A DNA stretch of 28,594 nucleotides from an uncultured Gammaproteobacteria bacterium (lineage in GTDB: Bacteria; Patescibacteriota; Microgenomatia; UBA12405): contig CAZCYK010000002.1 of the NCBI GenBank assembly GCA_964502975.1, forward strand, positions 1 to 28,594, read 5' to 3'. Below, piece after piece: positions 17,301 to 24,812 of the stretch. Made by a program: the position numbers and the translations under genes. The stretch's first letter is position 1. Each line of letters opens with the position of its first letter. The notes under the pieces are model-generated. The model saw only the letters and a list, made by a program, of their open reading frames with translations. It made no database searches and was not told the origin of the DNA.

Positions 17301-17643
17301 TGATGACTTCAAAACGATTAAAGTAACAGATAAAAATAAAAAAGATTTAAGTCGCAGACTTCGATTGTTAGTAGCGCGAGCAGTATTTCAATCGGCAATA
17401 AGTCCAACCAGTGATTTCGACTGGGGTGGTCTTAATTTGTTAGGTGATACATTAACAACAAAATTTACAACTGTAGACAATATTAGTGAAAAAGATGAAG
17501 AAGAAAGCTTTATTGAAAGAGAAGATAGGAGTTCATTAATAAATGATTCTGGTTTGAAAGAAGCGATGGAAGTTAAACATCAAATTTTATTGAATGCATC
17601 TAAAGAAAAGGAAAGAGATCAGATAGGTCGTGGGAGAAAATAA
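14317..17643 (+). CDS. Large (1108 aa) hydrophilic hypothetical protein; no recognised domain, signal peptide or TM
   Basis: Long uninterrupted ORF with its own -10 box; rich in K/E/D. Confidence 0.85.
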   Translation: MSERGPEGIKITMDKLANSAGNEGVRKGELSAYAEKKNAVSQPLDEKGYLGPDYDKFLRRLVVDVTIGLIDLDKNRAGHEGEVDSASESLVRSKFGVGSVSEFKDRIDAQNYNSGAVTRSYERLTKSVKLFLNKKGFSDEALSTMSPQEIDAQLFRNFEGIGSDVKRVLVVDGQLKTVLKKVDNVLNRVEILDQGRKKKMDLKTIDKAMDKAEEILVGKAMGDDALKRQSELVIDYLTILKREVDQGKGDAEVEDCIVGFIGEHILRKGLTLDDEGNLKSTNGDDFTLLKDEEGRTRYYDNGEKMYIHPEIVRWMKKRNENIEDLIMITSNGEFSDIREIDAVLNNENEFILDDYIRNKYVEGNDLGRGKKADLLVIKDQLGRWFCDAIRDSGDETNRTVLGTLNAYKIENLLPMGATGLGVDIVINVSNDVLIRKALKQVCAIDMKKGSLGERENIDGFSSIETKKNSMGEIKRIIEKITGDNKRYLEGDNNYRTEVDGLVRLLNERVVKYDRLIAHQEKVGRYGEQIPTEPERVGERLLYARKLLDYVEDSGSPPGSLNIMDQCTRLFEMSRLDSVEQEIKDEIHARLHLAFMFYHMHAAGGLLNNRGQSIEDAHEKGYADGMLLDKITMDFLLKNGANGLPVAECWDAIEELNFGWENGKPVKDNDSYFRLLSLMVGIDYTKIQYENGDREGKISWENSKDASLPITVDNTEGKFLISMKENGLKFLGVKGELTDEAYLAKWNEIANPYEVKEEQITYRQKFVGDFYKLQNPESFFWGKGAENAMRFNYFTDISSGRKGMVKDFLLTDIKEKREAKNIGKSETEKLPTDKKSLEKGFELAEKLLEATAETSVFNPCFAGHNDFSELILTEANTKDRQKKMKVIGMRVAMADIVSFYTTWPRYIAGNKDSDRRSVFKPLYAEQIKTERMDNPKNDSYFLMTAILIKKILPVQAFLMKEDIGSKDLLTVEFWKKLYDPISKVISYGQDVLTDPDDDFKTIKVTDKNKKDLSRRLRLLVARAVFQSAISPTSDFDWGGLNLLGDTLTTKFTTVDNISEKDEEESFIEREDRSSLINDSGLKEAMEVKHQILLNASKEKERDQIGRGRK

Positions 17644-17667
17644 TAATTACTAATAAATTGTCGTTTT

Positions 17668-19314
17668 TTATGTGCGTCTAGATTTTCCCTTCGGACTGTC
17701 TGGCGCAGATGATGTAGATGGTGTGGGTGATGCAGGTGATGTGGATGATTTGGAGTGGCGTGGTACATATTCTCCCTTATCTATTTTTCTATTGTTTACC
17801 CAAGTATTATATGGTGCTTTTATTCTACCCCATGCGTCATGTGCTTTCCCACCAATCATATCCTCTGCTCTCCTTTCAAGTCCACCTTTTGCAGTTTTCA
17901 TTCCGGGAAGACTGGCGTAACTATCACCGATCATTTTGTTAATCGGAGATGGTTTGATATTGAAAAGGAATTCGGGGACAATTTGGGGAATTTTGGAGAG
18001 TAACATGATACCGGTAAAACCGATTATAAAGCCGACAACTTCGCCGTTGGCAAGCATATTTGGTGCCCAAAAATAACTGTTATCGCCAGCCACAGCTCTA
18101 ACAAAAATGATTATAACTACGAGAAAAATAAGAGTGGCGGGGAAAACGACCAGATTGGCAATGAGTTGAACAATCCAAGAAGAAAAGTTTATTTTACTTC
18201 CAGGGAAAACCCCAAGAGCAATTTCTAGTGGTGCAATAACAATTTTTAAGAGGATATTTATATAGCATTTGGCTAGACCAAAAAATAATTTAACAAGTTG
18301 TATAAAAATAATTAGGTCAAGTAAAAAGAGGCCTAAAAAGGCACCAATACCACTAGATGTCATTTTGGAGAATAAACCGCCACCGGTAAAAAAACCTATA
18401 ATAAGTCCTATTATTGCGCCAAGGGATCTAAGTGTACCTTGGCTAGCTTCAGTTAAAAAGTACTTTGAGGTGATCCATTGAACCCCCCAAAAATTAAGAT
18501 TCATTATTTTGGGGACATCGTAACCGGTTATAGTATTAGCTATGGTATTAGGACCGTCACTATTATCGATTAGAGAGAGAACAATTCCTTGAAAAACATA
18601 GCTAAAATCAATTAGTAAACCAACTATGGCATAAGAAAAAGTAACAAGAATTAGAGTGATAATGATTTTTGGAATTATTACTTGGATGCTAATGGTAGCT
18701 TGAGGACTAATTTTTACTCGAAGCATGATCATTATGCCAAGAATAATAAAAAAGAGAGAAATAAGGGTATAAACAGCATTTCTTAGGGTTTTCCAAAGTG
18801 ACATAATACCGTTATTGTTGGCATTAAGAGTATCAAACCCAAAACCGTTGGCTGCGTAAGTAGGCTTGCCGAGAAAATTATCTATAGTGTGGGCAATGTA
18901 TTGAACGCCAGAAATTGGTGGCTGGTAAAGAGTAGCGATGGAATTATTGGTAAATCCAAGTAAGCCTCCTGGAACCCAGTTACCACTAGCAAGGTCTCCT
19001 TGCGTAACATCACCAATAATGCCGTTATTTAAAGAAAAAGCAGTGTTTATTATTTGTTCGTTGTTCCAAGTTTCTAGATTAAAACTTTCCCTGATGGCTT
19101 CTTGTTTGCCTAGAAGTGCTTCATTAAACTCGGTTTGATCGGAATTAATTTCAAGATCACCGTATCCTACATTTTGAGCAAAAATGTTTTTGGTTATAAA
19201 AATAGATCCAGAAATTATGGCAAAAACTAAAATAAATTTTGCTAGAGGGTTTAGACGGGGGAATAGTCGAGTGTCACGACGATTGAGATGGTTAAAAAAT
19301 CGTTTCAATTTCAT
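17668..19314 (-). CDS. Polytopic membrane protein, TrbL/VirB6-like (CPR type)
   Basis: Signal-like N-terminus ending IFA; W.TLRNAVYTLISLFFIILGIMIMLR...IPKIIITLILVTFSYAIVGLLID block; about 6-7 TMs; Ser/Pro-rich basic tail; co-oriented with the pilin array. Confidence 0.6.
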   Translation of the reverse strand: MKLKRFFNHLNRRDTRLFPRLNPLAKFILVFAIISGSIFITKNIFAQNVGYGDLEINSDQTEFNEALLGKQEAIRESFNLETWNNEQIINTAFSLNNGIIGDVTQGDLASGNWVPGGLLGFTNNSIATLYQPPISGVQYIAHTIDNFLGKPTYAANGFGFDTLNANNNGIMSLWKTLRNAVYTLISLFFIILGIMIMLRVKISPQATISIQVIIPKIIITLILVTFSYAIVGLLIDFSYVFQGIVLSLIDNSDGPNTIANTITGYDVPKIMNLNFWGVQWITSKYFLTEASQGTLRSLGAIIGLIIGFFTGGGLFSKMTSSGIGAFLGLFLLDLIIFIQLVKLFFGLAKCYINILLKIVIAPLEIALGVFPGSKINFSSWIVQLIANLVVFPATLIFLVVIIIFVRAVAGDNSYFWAPNMLANGEVVGFIIGFTGIMLLSKIPQIVPEFLFNIKPSPINKMIGDSYASLPGMKTAKGGLERRAEDMIGGKAHDAWGRIKAPYNTWVNNRKIDKGEYVPRHSKSSTSPASPTPSTSSAPDSPKGKSRRT

Positions 19315-19374
19315 TTATATATAAAATTCTAACAAAAAATAAAAGGTATAACAATCTTAGTATTTTAATTTAAA

Positions 19375-21468
19375 TTAATTTGGTGTGAGAGTTTGGTTGT
19401 TTGGGTTGGAGGGTTGGCCCTTAAAATCATCTTCATCGGTATACTCTGGAATAAAAACTGGTTCATTTGGGTCAAGATTTTGATAACAACCATAGTAGGT
19501 TTTTTGGGAATTGGTTTCTGGAGCAACTGCACGACCAACGTTTTCAAATTTTCTGCCATCAAAGAAGGGAGGGCTGGTTTGTACTTCACAAAGTTCACTA
19601 TAAATGTTGCCATCGATAATATTGTAGTTTTCGTCAACCAAAAATTGGTTTTCGGTAGAATCTACGGCGCTAGTCGAATTAGTAGTTAATCCTTTGCTTA
19701 GGGCAATTTTGTTGTCATGTAAAGAAACACAGCGAAAAACTTGTTGGCCAGCATTTTTGAAATCAATAGTGAATGGGGTATAACCCGTGGCATGGTTTTG
19801 GAGTAAAATTGAAATGGTCTTTTTTTCTCTCTCAAATTGTTGTTTATCTCTGGAATCGAAAAGATTGTTACGACAGGGAATGATTAGTGACCTCCAGGCT
19901 TCGACATGCCAGCCGTTGAATATTTCGGCAATACCATATAAATAGTTGTCGACCGACATAGTGACGGCATAGGTACAGCTTCCGTTCCATTTATCTTTTA
20001 GCTCGTTCCAAACTTCTTTTGGATTATTAATATTGGAGGTGAGATTAATTCCTTTATTTTGCATGTCTTCAGCCCAAAGTTTTTGTTCACTTTCTGATTT
20101 ATTGTCGAATTCGGCTTCGGTTCCAGGCCAATTATCTTGACAATTGTAGTTTGGATCTTCGGGTTGTTGCCAATCTACACTGCTTTTTGCTTGGGCGATG
20201 TTAATAATTTCGTATTTAATTTCACTGTCGTATGAATTGGCTAGTTTAATACAATTTTGATATTTTTCTTTACTGTTTGCTGGAGTATCTATATTGTTTC
20301 CGTCACCATTGTGTTCCCAGTGATCAAGAAGGTAAATTTTTACTTGATAGTATTGGGTGCTAAAATTGGGAATTTTATAGATAGACTTATCTTCGCCAAA
20401 ATAACTTTTAAGAATTTTTTGGTGACTGTAGCCAAGCATGGCCATGCCGAAAGCACCGTATTGGCTATAACCTTCAGTAAATGTTTCCTTTTCGAGTCTT
20501 TTGGCATCACAGTAAGCGTCATTGAGTTTATATTCTTTTGCCAAATCAGTAGAGTCTTTGGGAAGGCTGGATTTTTGCCATTTTTTGGAGATAATCCAGT
20601 TTTTCCAAGATTCGCGTAGATATTCGCGATTTTTGTCTTTATCTTTTGGATTGCCTTCGTTGTTAGTATCATTGGAAACGCAGGGAATATAGCCATGACC
20701 TGATTTGGGTATTACCCCCAATGTTCCATATTTGTCTTGTTTGTCATTATCTGCCCCTACTGCAAGAGCTTCTGATGATGTTTTATTATCGGTGGGAGCG
20801 TCTTGACCTTGCCCTTTTTTTGCTATGGAATAACGTAAGATATTGTTAAGCTGGTTACTAACTCCGGTCGCGGCATCTTTGGCTCCCGCAAAATAGCCTT
20901 TAGGAACATCTTGGTAATTTGTATAAAGATTTTGATAACAAATATCAGGATTGGAGAGTTCCTTTTCACAGTTAAGTGGACTTATGTTGTTAAGCTCTTC
21001 GTCGTCATATTCAATTGCTACACGATTGTTACGTTTGTAGAGAATTTTTTCATCACGTTTTTTATGAAAACAGATTATGTCATTAATACTAATATCTTGG
21101 GGGCAGTTGGTTTTGTCGTCGATGGGAAGAGCTTCGTTTTTTTTGTTTTTTCCAAACAAATCAGTAGTAAGAATTTCATAAAACCAGACTCCTCTTTGGT
21201 ATCTTTTTAGGGCTTCAGGGGTAATCCTGTTGGCTACATCTTGGTTTTCAGCGGTATAATCGGTGTGTGAGTCTTTTTGGTCTAAAACAGAAGGGTTGGC
21301 ATTGTTGGTTATATGAGAAATGTTTTCTCCAAAAATACGTTCAAAAACTCTGGTTATCCAAACCCAAATAGTTTCTCCGCCTTCTTGATTATCAGTTGCA
21401 AAAATAGTAGTGGGTAGACTAATGAAAAAAGAGAGAAAAATAAGAAAAACAAGTAACTTTTTTTTCAT
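19375..21468 (-). CDS. Secreted Cys-containing protein (697 aa) with SpoIID/LytB-like motifs in permuted order
   Basis: ATG 21468 overlaps the upstream pilin stop (TAATG) and gives a clean signal peptide MKKKLLVFLIFLSFFISLPTTIFA; EGYSQYGAFGMAMLGYSHQKILKSYF and MSVDNYLYGIAEIFNGWHVEAWRS. Confidence 0.7.
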   Translation of the reverse strand: MKKKLLVFLIFLSFFISLPTTIFATDNQEGGETIWVWITRVFERIFGENISHITNNANPSVLDQKDSHTDYTAENQDVANRITPEALKRYQRGVWFYEILTTDLFGKNKKNEALPIDDKTNCPQDISINDIICFHKKRDEKILYKRNNRVAIEYDDEELNNISPLNCEKELSNPDICYQNLYTNYQDVPKGYFAGAKDAATGVSNQLNNILRYSIAKKGQGQDAPTDNKTSSEALAVGADNDKQDKYGTLGVIPKSGHGYIPCVSNDTNNEGNPKDKDKNREYLRESWKNWIISKKWQKSSLPKDSTDLAKEYKLNDAYCDAKRLEKETFTEGYSQYGAFGMAMLGYSHQKILKSYFGEDKSIYKIPNFSTQYYQVKIYLLDHWEHNGDGNNIDTPANSKEKYQNCIKLANSYDSEIKYEIINIAQAKSSVDWQQPEDPNYNCQDNWPGTEAEFDNKSESEQKLWAEDMQNKGINLTSNINNPKEVWNELKDKWNGSCTYAVTMSVDNYLYGIAEIFNGWHVEAWRSLIIPCRNNLFDSRDKQQFEREKKTISILLQNHATGYTPFTIDFKNAGQQVFRCVSLHDNKIALSKGLTTNSTSAVDSTENQFLVDENYNIIDGNIYSELCEVQTSPPFFDGRKFENVGRAVAPETNSQKTYYGCYQNLDPNEPVFIPEYTDEDDFKGQPSNPNNQTLTPN

Positions 21469-21842
21469 TATTGAGCGTCGGGGATAGTAAAATCGGTAAC
21501 ATTGACCCCAGTGAATTCTTTGATAAACAATAAAATTAACCAAGAGACAAGAACACCGATTATACCGATAAAAGACATTGTAATAGTGTGGCTGGCAGCA
21601 GCAGCTTTTTTGGGATCACCACCTGAAGTGATATATTTAAAACCGCCAACCAGAAACATGGCAAAAAAAGTAAGACCGGCAAGGGGAACAATAACTTGGA
21701 GAATATTTTGGAAAAGACATTCGAAACCTTGGATGGTGGCGACGTCTTTATTTTCACCAGCAACACATTTTCCATCTAGCATTTCTTTCCACTGTTCTGC
21801 GAAAACAGGGGAGGGAGAGAAAAAATTAGTTAAGTGGTTCAT
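21468..21842 (-). CDS. VirB2/TrbC-like pilin-family membrane protein P8
   Basis: Two hydrophobic helices around GGFKYITSGGDPKKAAAASHTIT. Confidence 0.8.
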   Translation of the reverse strand: MNHLTNFFSPSPVFAEQWKEMLDGKCVAGENKDVATIQGFECLFQNILQVIVPLAGLTFFAMFLVGGFKYITSGGDPKKAAAASHTITMSFIGIIGVLVSWLILLFIKEFTGVNVTDFTIPDAQ

Positions 21843-21848
21843 AAATTA

Positions 21849-21854
21849 ATTATA
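21849..21854 (-). promoter_or_regulatory. -10 box TATAAT 6 nt upstream of the P8 ATG
   Basis: Minus strand: cctgTATAATtaatttATG. Confidence 0.65.
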
Positions 21855-21889
21855 CAGGAGAAATTGCTCTTAAAAAATAGAACTTGAAA

Positions 21890-22588
21890 CTATTCTTGAT
21901 AAAAAGGCTGGATAATTAGATTCGTAAAGTCAAATCCAAAAACAGTGCTAATAAGTCGCATGAGAGCCCAAGCGATAAAAACTATAGTTAGACCAATTAG
22001 GCCATGGGTAATAGAGGTCCGTGCGGCTGCTAGTTTTTTTTCGTCACCACTGGAGGTAATCCACTTGATACCACCAAAAAGAAGAATAAAAAAGAAAGTG
22101 ATAGAAGCAATGATATAAATAATATTTACCGCGGTGGAAATCATGCTTCCCGAAGTGATTGTTCCGAGCCCCGAAAAATTCCCTGGGGCATTAAGATCAA
22201 TTATGTCGTCGGAGGTTGAGTTGTTAGGAGAAGAACTACCACCAGTACTATTTGGGTCAGATTCCGGGGTACATTCTCTTTTTCCGCTTTCACACCCATT
22301 AGGGCAATTTGTTTTTTGCCAAGTTCCATCATCTCTACAAGTACGGAGTTCGCTTGCGGAGGAGTAACAAAATGAAAAACCGACATCATAATTGGATTTT
22401 CCATCGGTAGTACACATGTTTTTACAGGTCCATTTGCTTCCGTTTCGGGAACAAGATTCAGCACTTCCATAATTTGTGTCACTACATTGGCATACTTCGA
22501 CCCCTTTAACCGGAGAGATAAAAATTAGGGTGAAAATAAAAATTGTTAAAAAAACTGTTAAAAAATTTTTTATTATTATTAATTTCAT
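21890..22588 (-). CDS. Pilin-family protein P7 with a signal peptide and a 10-Cys N-terminal domain
   Basis: Classical signal peptide; ten Cys in ~80 aa; Ser-rich linker; core GGIKWITSSGDEKKLAAARTSITHG. Confidence 0.8.
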   Translation of the reverse strand: MKLIIIKNFLTVFLTIFIFTLIFISPVKGVEVCQCSDTNYGSAESCSRNGSKWTCKNMCTTDGKSNYDVGFSFCYSSASELRTCRDDGTWQKTNCPNGCESGKRECTPESDPNSTGGSSSPNNSTSDDIIDLNAPGNFSGLGTITSGSMISTAVNIIYIIASITFFFILLFGGIKWITSSGDEKKLAAARTSITHGLIGLTIVFIAWALMRLISTVFGFDFTNLIIQPFYQE

Positions 22589-22697
22589 TTTAGTAAGTCA
22601 AGAGTATTAAAGACTGGTTTATAACTGAATTATACTAGAATTAATAAAAATAAAAATTGTTAAATTATTGATAGTGAATAAATTAATACAAATTAAC

Positions 22698-22729
22698 AAA
22701 ATCCCTCTTCAAAACAAAAGAGGGGTTTT
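22698..22729 (-). terminator. Intrinsic terminator-like hairpin downstream of P6, possibly bidirectional
   Basis: aaaatCCCTCTTcaaaacaaAAGAGGGgtttt; T-tracts on both strands. Confidence 0.65.
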
Positions 22730-22754
22730 AGATTTCTAGTTTTTAAATTATTTA

Positions 22755-23159
22755 TTAGATTTTTGGAGGTACTAAAGCAGGAACTGCAAGCTGAAAAAAA
22801 TCAACTTGGAAAACGGCGCCAAGAAGTCTCATTATCGCCCAAGCGGCAAAGACAATGGCTAAACCAACCATGCCACTAGTTATAGAAGCACGAGCAGCAG
22901 CGACTTTTTTCTCGTCTCCACCAGAGGTTATCCACTTGATACCACCTCCAACTAGGACAAAAAAGAAAATTAGTGAAGTAATAATAAAAACTATGGACAT
23001 TAACCAGCCCAATATTTGACCGAATGTCAGACCGGCGATGCCTGAAAATGCACTACCTTCAGGTAACTCCGTTTTTAGTTCGGTAGCTAGATCTGTTGCC
23101 GCATAAGCTGGAATAGCAAATGAAGCAAGGTATGATTTATTTTTTATTTTTCCAATCAT
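22755..23159 (-). CDS. VirB2/TrbC-like pilin-family protein P6
   Basis: GGGIKWITSGGDEKKVAAARASITSG between two hydrophobic helices; leader ends AIPAYA. Confidence 0.82.
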   Translation of the reverse strand: MIGKIKNKSYLASFAIPAYAATDLATELKTELPEGSAFSGIAGLTFGQILGWLMSIVFIITSLIFFFVLVGGGIKWITSGGDEKKVAAARASITSGMVGLAIVFAAWAIMRLLGAVFQVDFFQLAVPALVPPKI

Positions 23160-23254
23160 TTTTTGTTTATAATTAATAATTAACTAATATTAACAGTAAT
23201 CTTTATGGTTTGTAAAGTGGCTTGTAAGTTTTTTAATATTATTTTTTAATTAAA

Positions 23255-23689
23255 TTAGACAGGGTTGGTGGGGTTGGGGTTTAAAAAACTGGGTATATTG
23301 AGTTGAAGGATATTGATACCAAAAAGTAATTCAATAACTTTTAGAATTACCCAGGAACTAAAAATAATAATTAAACCGACAAGCCCGTGGGTTATTTGGC
23401 CGCGGGCAGTAGTAAGTTTTTTTTCGTCACCAGATGAAACGATCCATCGGTAACCTCCAGTAAGAAGAATTAAAAAGAAAACGATAGTAGTAATAGTGAG
23501 AGCAAGGCTAATAGTTCCGGATATAAAATTTTTTGGGGTAATTGTTGTAAGATTTTTAAAATCACCACCCACACCAAGCTGGAGTTTGTCAGTAGTAGTG
23601 TTGGCCTCTCCCTCATCGGCATAAATAACTGGAGGGAAAGGAATGATCGCATATATTATTTTATTTTTAATTGAATTGAAATTAATCAT
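23255..23689 (-). CDS. VirB2/TrbC-like pilin-family protein P5
   Basis: GGYRWIVSSGDEKKLTTARGQITHG. ATG 23689 (8 nt after the P4 stop) is preferred over the overlapping TTG 23716. Confidence 0.8.
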   Translation of the reverse strand: MINFNSIKNKIIYAIIPFPPVIYADEGEANTTTDKLQLGVGGDFKNLTTITPKNFISGTISLALTITTIVFFLILLTGGYRWIVSSGDEKKLTTARGQITHGLVGLIIIFSSWVILKVIELLFGINILQLNIPSFLNPNPTNPV

Positions 23690-23697
23690 AGTGAATA

Positions 23698-24069
23698 TTA
23701 TAATAAGTTTGGCCAAGCGATTTCTAAAGTTTCTAGGCCATTAATTCCAAAAACAATACCGATGAATTTTAATATTACAAAAATAGAAAAGACAACGACA
23801 ACACCGACTACTGAATAAGTGAGTGATTTTTGGGCTTCTTCCCATTTTTTGGGATCGCCTTGAGAAGAAATCATATGGTAAGCAGACATAACAACGTGCC
23901 AAATAAAATAAATGACTCCGACCATAATAAAAAGAGTCACAATGGTTTGGATGACATTATTGGTGTAAACGATGGGTGAATTGGCGATTTTATTTTTTGC
24001 TGAATCAGTATCGCATCCTGGTTCGAGAATGGGGTTGCAGACAGCGTAAATTGATTTTATTAGTTGCAT
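23698..24069 (-). CDS. VirB2/TrbC-like pilin-family protein P4
   Basis: SAYHMISSQGDPKKWEEAQKSLT; N-terminal Cys pair. Confidence 0.8.
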   Translation of the reverse strand: MQLIKSIYAVCNPILEPGCDTDSAKNKIANSPIVYTNNVIQTIVTLFIMVGVIYFIWHVVMSAYHMISSQGDPKKWEEAQKSLTYSVVGVVVVFSIFVILKFIGIVFGINGLETLEIAWPNLL

Positions 24070-24070
24070 A

Positions 24071-24433
24071 TTATTGTTCTAATTGTGGTGATAAATTTTC
24101 AAAAATTTTTTCTAAATTGAAGATATTTTCAATACCAAAAAGATTGGCGAGAAGGGCAGTAATGCCGAAAGCGATAACAACTATGGTAATACCCAAAATT
24201 CCATCGGTAAGTCGTTTGCGGGCGGATTCAATTTTCTTTTCATCACCTTGGGCGGATAAAAATGAATAACCAGCAAAAATAACTTGGAGAACAAAAAAGA
24301 TAAAAGCAACAAGGGTTAGAACACCTATGACTGTGGAAATAATTTTGTCAAGTTCAGTAACTCCATAGTCATCCCCTGTCACATTAATTCCGACTCTACT
24401 TTCTAATTTTATCGCTAATAGATTAGATTTCAT
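24071..24433 (-). CDS. VirB2/TrbC-like pilin-family protein P3
   Basis: AGYSFLSAQGDEKKIESARKRLTDG. Confidence 0.8.
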   Translation of the reverse strand: MKSNLLAIKLESRVGINVTGDDYGVTELDKIISTVIGVLTLVAFIFFVLQVIFAGYSFLSAQGDEKKIESARKRLTDGILGITIVVIAFGITALLANLFGIENIFNLEKIFENLSPQLEQ

Positions 24434-24436
24434 AAT

Positions 24437-24790
24437 TTATTCGTAAACAGGTGTGATAACAGGATCAAGAATGTTGTTCATACCAACTAGTCTGCCAATA
24501 ACTGCGGTAAGAACAAAGGCACTGGAAACGATAACTAAACCAATAATACTTTGGTAAATTTTGGCCCAAGCGGCTTCAGTTTTTTTTGGGTCACCGCTGG
24601 CAGATATATAAGCAAAACCAGCTAGAAGAATTTGAATTACAAAGAAGACGCCAGCGACAACCCCAACGAGACTAAATAACCGATTTAATAAAATAAATAT
24701 TCCACCTCCTTGATCACCTTCTATATAGGCCTCGTCAATAAGCGGAGTTAAGACTTCTGGGGGGGTAATTTCTCCAAATATTGATAACAT
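24437..24790 (-). CDS. VirB2/TrbC-like pilin-family protein P2
   Basis: AGFAYISASGDPKKTEAAWAKIYQSIIG. Confidence 0.8.
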   Translation of the reverse strand: MLSIFGEITPPEVLTPLIDEAYIEGDQGGGIFILLNRLFSLVGVVAGVFFVIQILLAGFAYISASGDPKKTEAAWAKIYQSIIGLVIVSSAFVLTAVIGRLVGMNNILDPVITPVYE

Positions 24791-24812
24791 ATGTTGATTA
24801 TAACTGAGTATC

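Noticed and set aside
21469-21543. ORF-track start at 21543 for the SpoIID-like gene
   Set aside because: It overlaps P8 by 75 nt and gives a non-signal N-terminus; ATG 21468 gives TAATG coupling and a clean signal peptide.
22698-22729. Terminator as a family A repeat (minus strand starts aaaacccctct, like 2369)
   Set aside because: Similarity is limited to 11 low-complexity nt and the two-hairpin layout is absent.
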